NCBI GenBank assembly: GCA_038087875.1
Contig: JAXLNO010000174.1
Location: forward strand, 62,001-126,000
Origin: Malacoraja senta
Lineage: Eukaryota
Direction: 5' to 3'
DNA length: 64,000 bases
The notes under the pieces were generated by a model. It made no database searches. It was not told where the DNA came from and was given only the letters and a program-made list of their open reading frames with translations. Made by a program: the position numbers and the translations under genes. Positions within the stretch are counted from its first letter, which is position 1; each line of letters begins with the position of its first letter. This document shows positions 61,930-64,000 of this stretch, piece after piece.

Positions 61930-63715
61930 TTCATTTGATTCATTTCATAGATGGTTTCCAAATTGAATGTTCTGATTCACTTCCACCTACTCAGCATACA
62001 CCAAACCGTACATTTGTTCGTTCACAACAAGATGGCTTGGATGTACAATTTGAAATCAGTCATTATATTCAAAAAGGGTGATTGAGGTCGAATCATGAAT
62101 CTCACCAATTGTGTCCAATATATTTACAAGACAAAAGAAAGATGGGGGATGACGAATCCTCCTGGACTTGAACCGACTAAACACCTTTGTGCAGTACAGA
62201 CATTTGAAAATGGAAAATTGTGTTACTGCAAAACAATTGGTTTCCAAAGGATGTTATCTGGCATGCATCGATCTTAAAGGTGCATACTAGTCGGTGCCTA
62301 TTCATAAGGATCACCGAACATACTTAAAATTCAACTTGGTGGGGCAGCTTTAGCAGTATAAAGCTTTCCCTAATGGGTTAACTTCAGCTCCCAGATTATT
62401 CACCAAATTATTAAAACCAGTTCTTGCGCTTTTACGAGCTTATAAACACAAAGTAATGGCGTACTTGGACGATATCCTTATTATAGGCAAGACTGGAATT
62501 GGCTTGTTCAGCGGTCTCAGCCACCAAGCTCATATTGGGGCGATTGGGATTTCACATCCATCCAGTTAAATCCAAGTTGACATCATCCCAAGTTATGGAT
62601 TATTTGGGATTCACTTTTAACTCTGTTCATATGTCTGTAACTCTGCCTTGCAGCAAGAAATAGGAGTTAATAGAGGCCTGCAATGACCTCATAACAAAGC
62701 AGCAGTCATCCATCCGACAAGTGGCCAGTTTAATTGGCAAATTAGTGGCTGCTTTCCCAGCTGCAAAATGTGGACCTTTTTATTATCAACAATTACAACG
62801 AGCAAAGGTGCTGGCACTCAAACATCATTTAGGTCACTTTGACAGGAATATGCAATTGCCGGCTGAAGCCATTGCCGAATTATAATGGTGGAAGTCCTAC
62901 ATTCAGCATTGCTCTAGCAATATGTCGGTTGATAGTCCGTCAGTTATTTTACAAACGGATGCCAGTGCTCTGGGATGGGGCGCTACTGACACCATCTCTA
63001 GCTGCGGTGGCGGATGGAACATGCATGAGCTAACATTATTTCAGTTACATGGTGTTAATTATTTTTGAGTTACTGGCAGCTCTCTATGAATTGAGTGCTT
63101 ATTGTGGGTATATGCACCATCTGCATGTTCGATTACAGATTGATAACCGCACAGCGGTGGCATACGTAAATCACATGGGTGGACTCAAGTCAGTATCCTG
63201 TGATGAATTGGCTAACCGCATTTGGCACTGGTGCATTGCAAGAAATATTTGGGTTTCAGCTACCTACCTGCCAGGTACATTTAATACGGTGGCGGACACC
63301 ATGTCACGCAAATTCAATGACAACACAGAATGGATGTTGAATCATAGAGTGTTTAAGAATATTATTTCTAGGTATGGAACACCGGATATAGATGTGTTTG
63401 CATCCAGGCTAAATCATCAGTTACCGAAGTATGTTGCATGGGAACCAGACCCAGGGGCAGTAGCGGTGGATGGTTTCTCGCTACATTGGGGAGGAATGTT
63501 TTTCTATGCATTTCCCCCATTCTGCCTTGTCACTCGATGCCTGCTTAAAATTAAGCAAGACTCTGCCACAGGTACTCTAATAGTCCCTGATTTGCCTACT
63601 CAGCAAAGGTATCCACTCATTTTGGGTATGGTCATATAATCCTTCATGGCGGTTCCAAAATGCAGGAATCTTCTAATTCACCCCATCACCGGGGGAAGAT
63701 CATCGTCTACATGAT

Positions 63716-63915
63716 NNNNNNNNNNNNNNNNNNNNNNNNNNNNNNNNNNNNNNNNNNNNNNNNNNNNNNNNNNNNNNNNNNNNNNNNNNNNNNNNNNNNN
63801 NNNNNNNNNNNNNNNNNNNNNNNNNNNNNNNNNNNNNNNNNNNNNNNNNNNNNNNNNNNNNNNNNNNNNNNNNNNNNNNNNNNNNNNNNNNNNNNNNNNN
63901 NNNNNNNNNNNNNNN
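63716..63915. other. Assembly gap (200 N)
   Basis: Run of N. Confidence 0.99.
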
Positions 63916-64000
63916 GCTCTCTCTCCATCACCCATCTATCCACACCCCTCCCCTCCACACCCCTCATCCACCCCTCTCTCATCACCCTTTTCCATCATCC

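Larger units (their letters stand above)
53250..63715 (+). mobile_element. DIRS element inserted in Gypsy (pieces 53250-54825 and 61947-63715), running into the gap
   Basis: 5' terminus ATTTTACTTCGGAGTCAAGTGAGTGACTACGTGAAG; gag ORF 53602-54441; RT resumes after the ATAGA duplication (54821-54825 and 61947-61951); MAYLDDIL; RNase H and MT ORF 63049-63639. Confidence 0.9.

Overview
This is vertebrate nuclear DNA, most likely a skate or ray; the taxon is inferred from HE1/V-SINE cores and CR1 tails such as (TTTCTATG)n and (ATATGGTT)n. No intact host protein-coding gene is visible. Most of the window is a deeply nested pile of decayed retroelements: many CR1 LINEs, Rex1/Babar, L2, L1, RTE, a Vingi/Ingi-like derivative, Penelope-like fragments, three DIRS (tyrosine-recombinase) elements and a Gypsy pol fragment. 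Between them lie relics of a histone/tRNA locus: a histone H3 pseudogene that keeps CCAAT boxes and its 3' stem-loop, and decayed tRNA-Ser(AGA), tRNA-Asn(GTT) and tRNA-iMet genes. The most interesting signals are RNA-level: (1) an HDV-like ribozyme fold with a CPEB3-like core at the 5' end of a miniature Vingi-like element; (2) 79-80 bp tandem monomers in CR1 5' leaders, each with a 42-nt acceptor/donor-flanked mini-exon conserved in two diverged CR1 families; (3) three non-coding Rex1-tailed elements with a positionally conserved hairpin whose sequence differs; (4) gag-skipping splice signals in the DIRS elements; (5) minimal hammerhead remnants in Penelope ends. There is a 200-N assembly gap at 63716-63915. 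All calls were made by eye, without database searches, and element boundaries are approximate.
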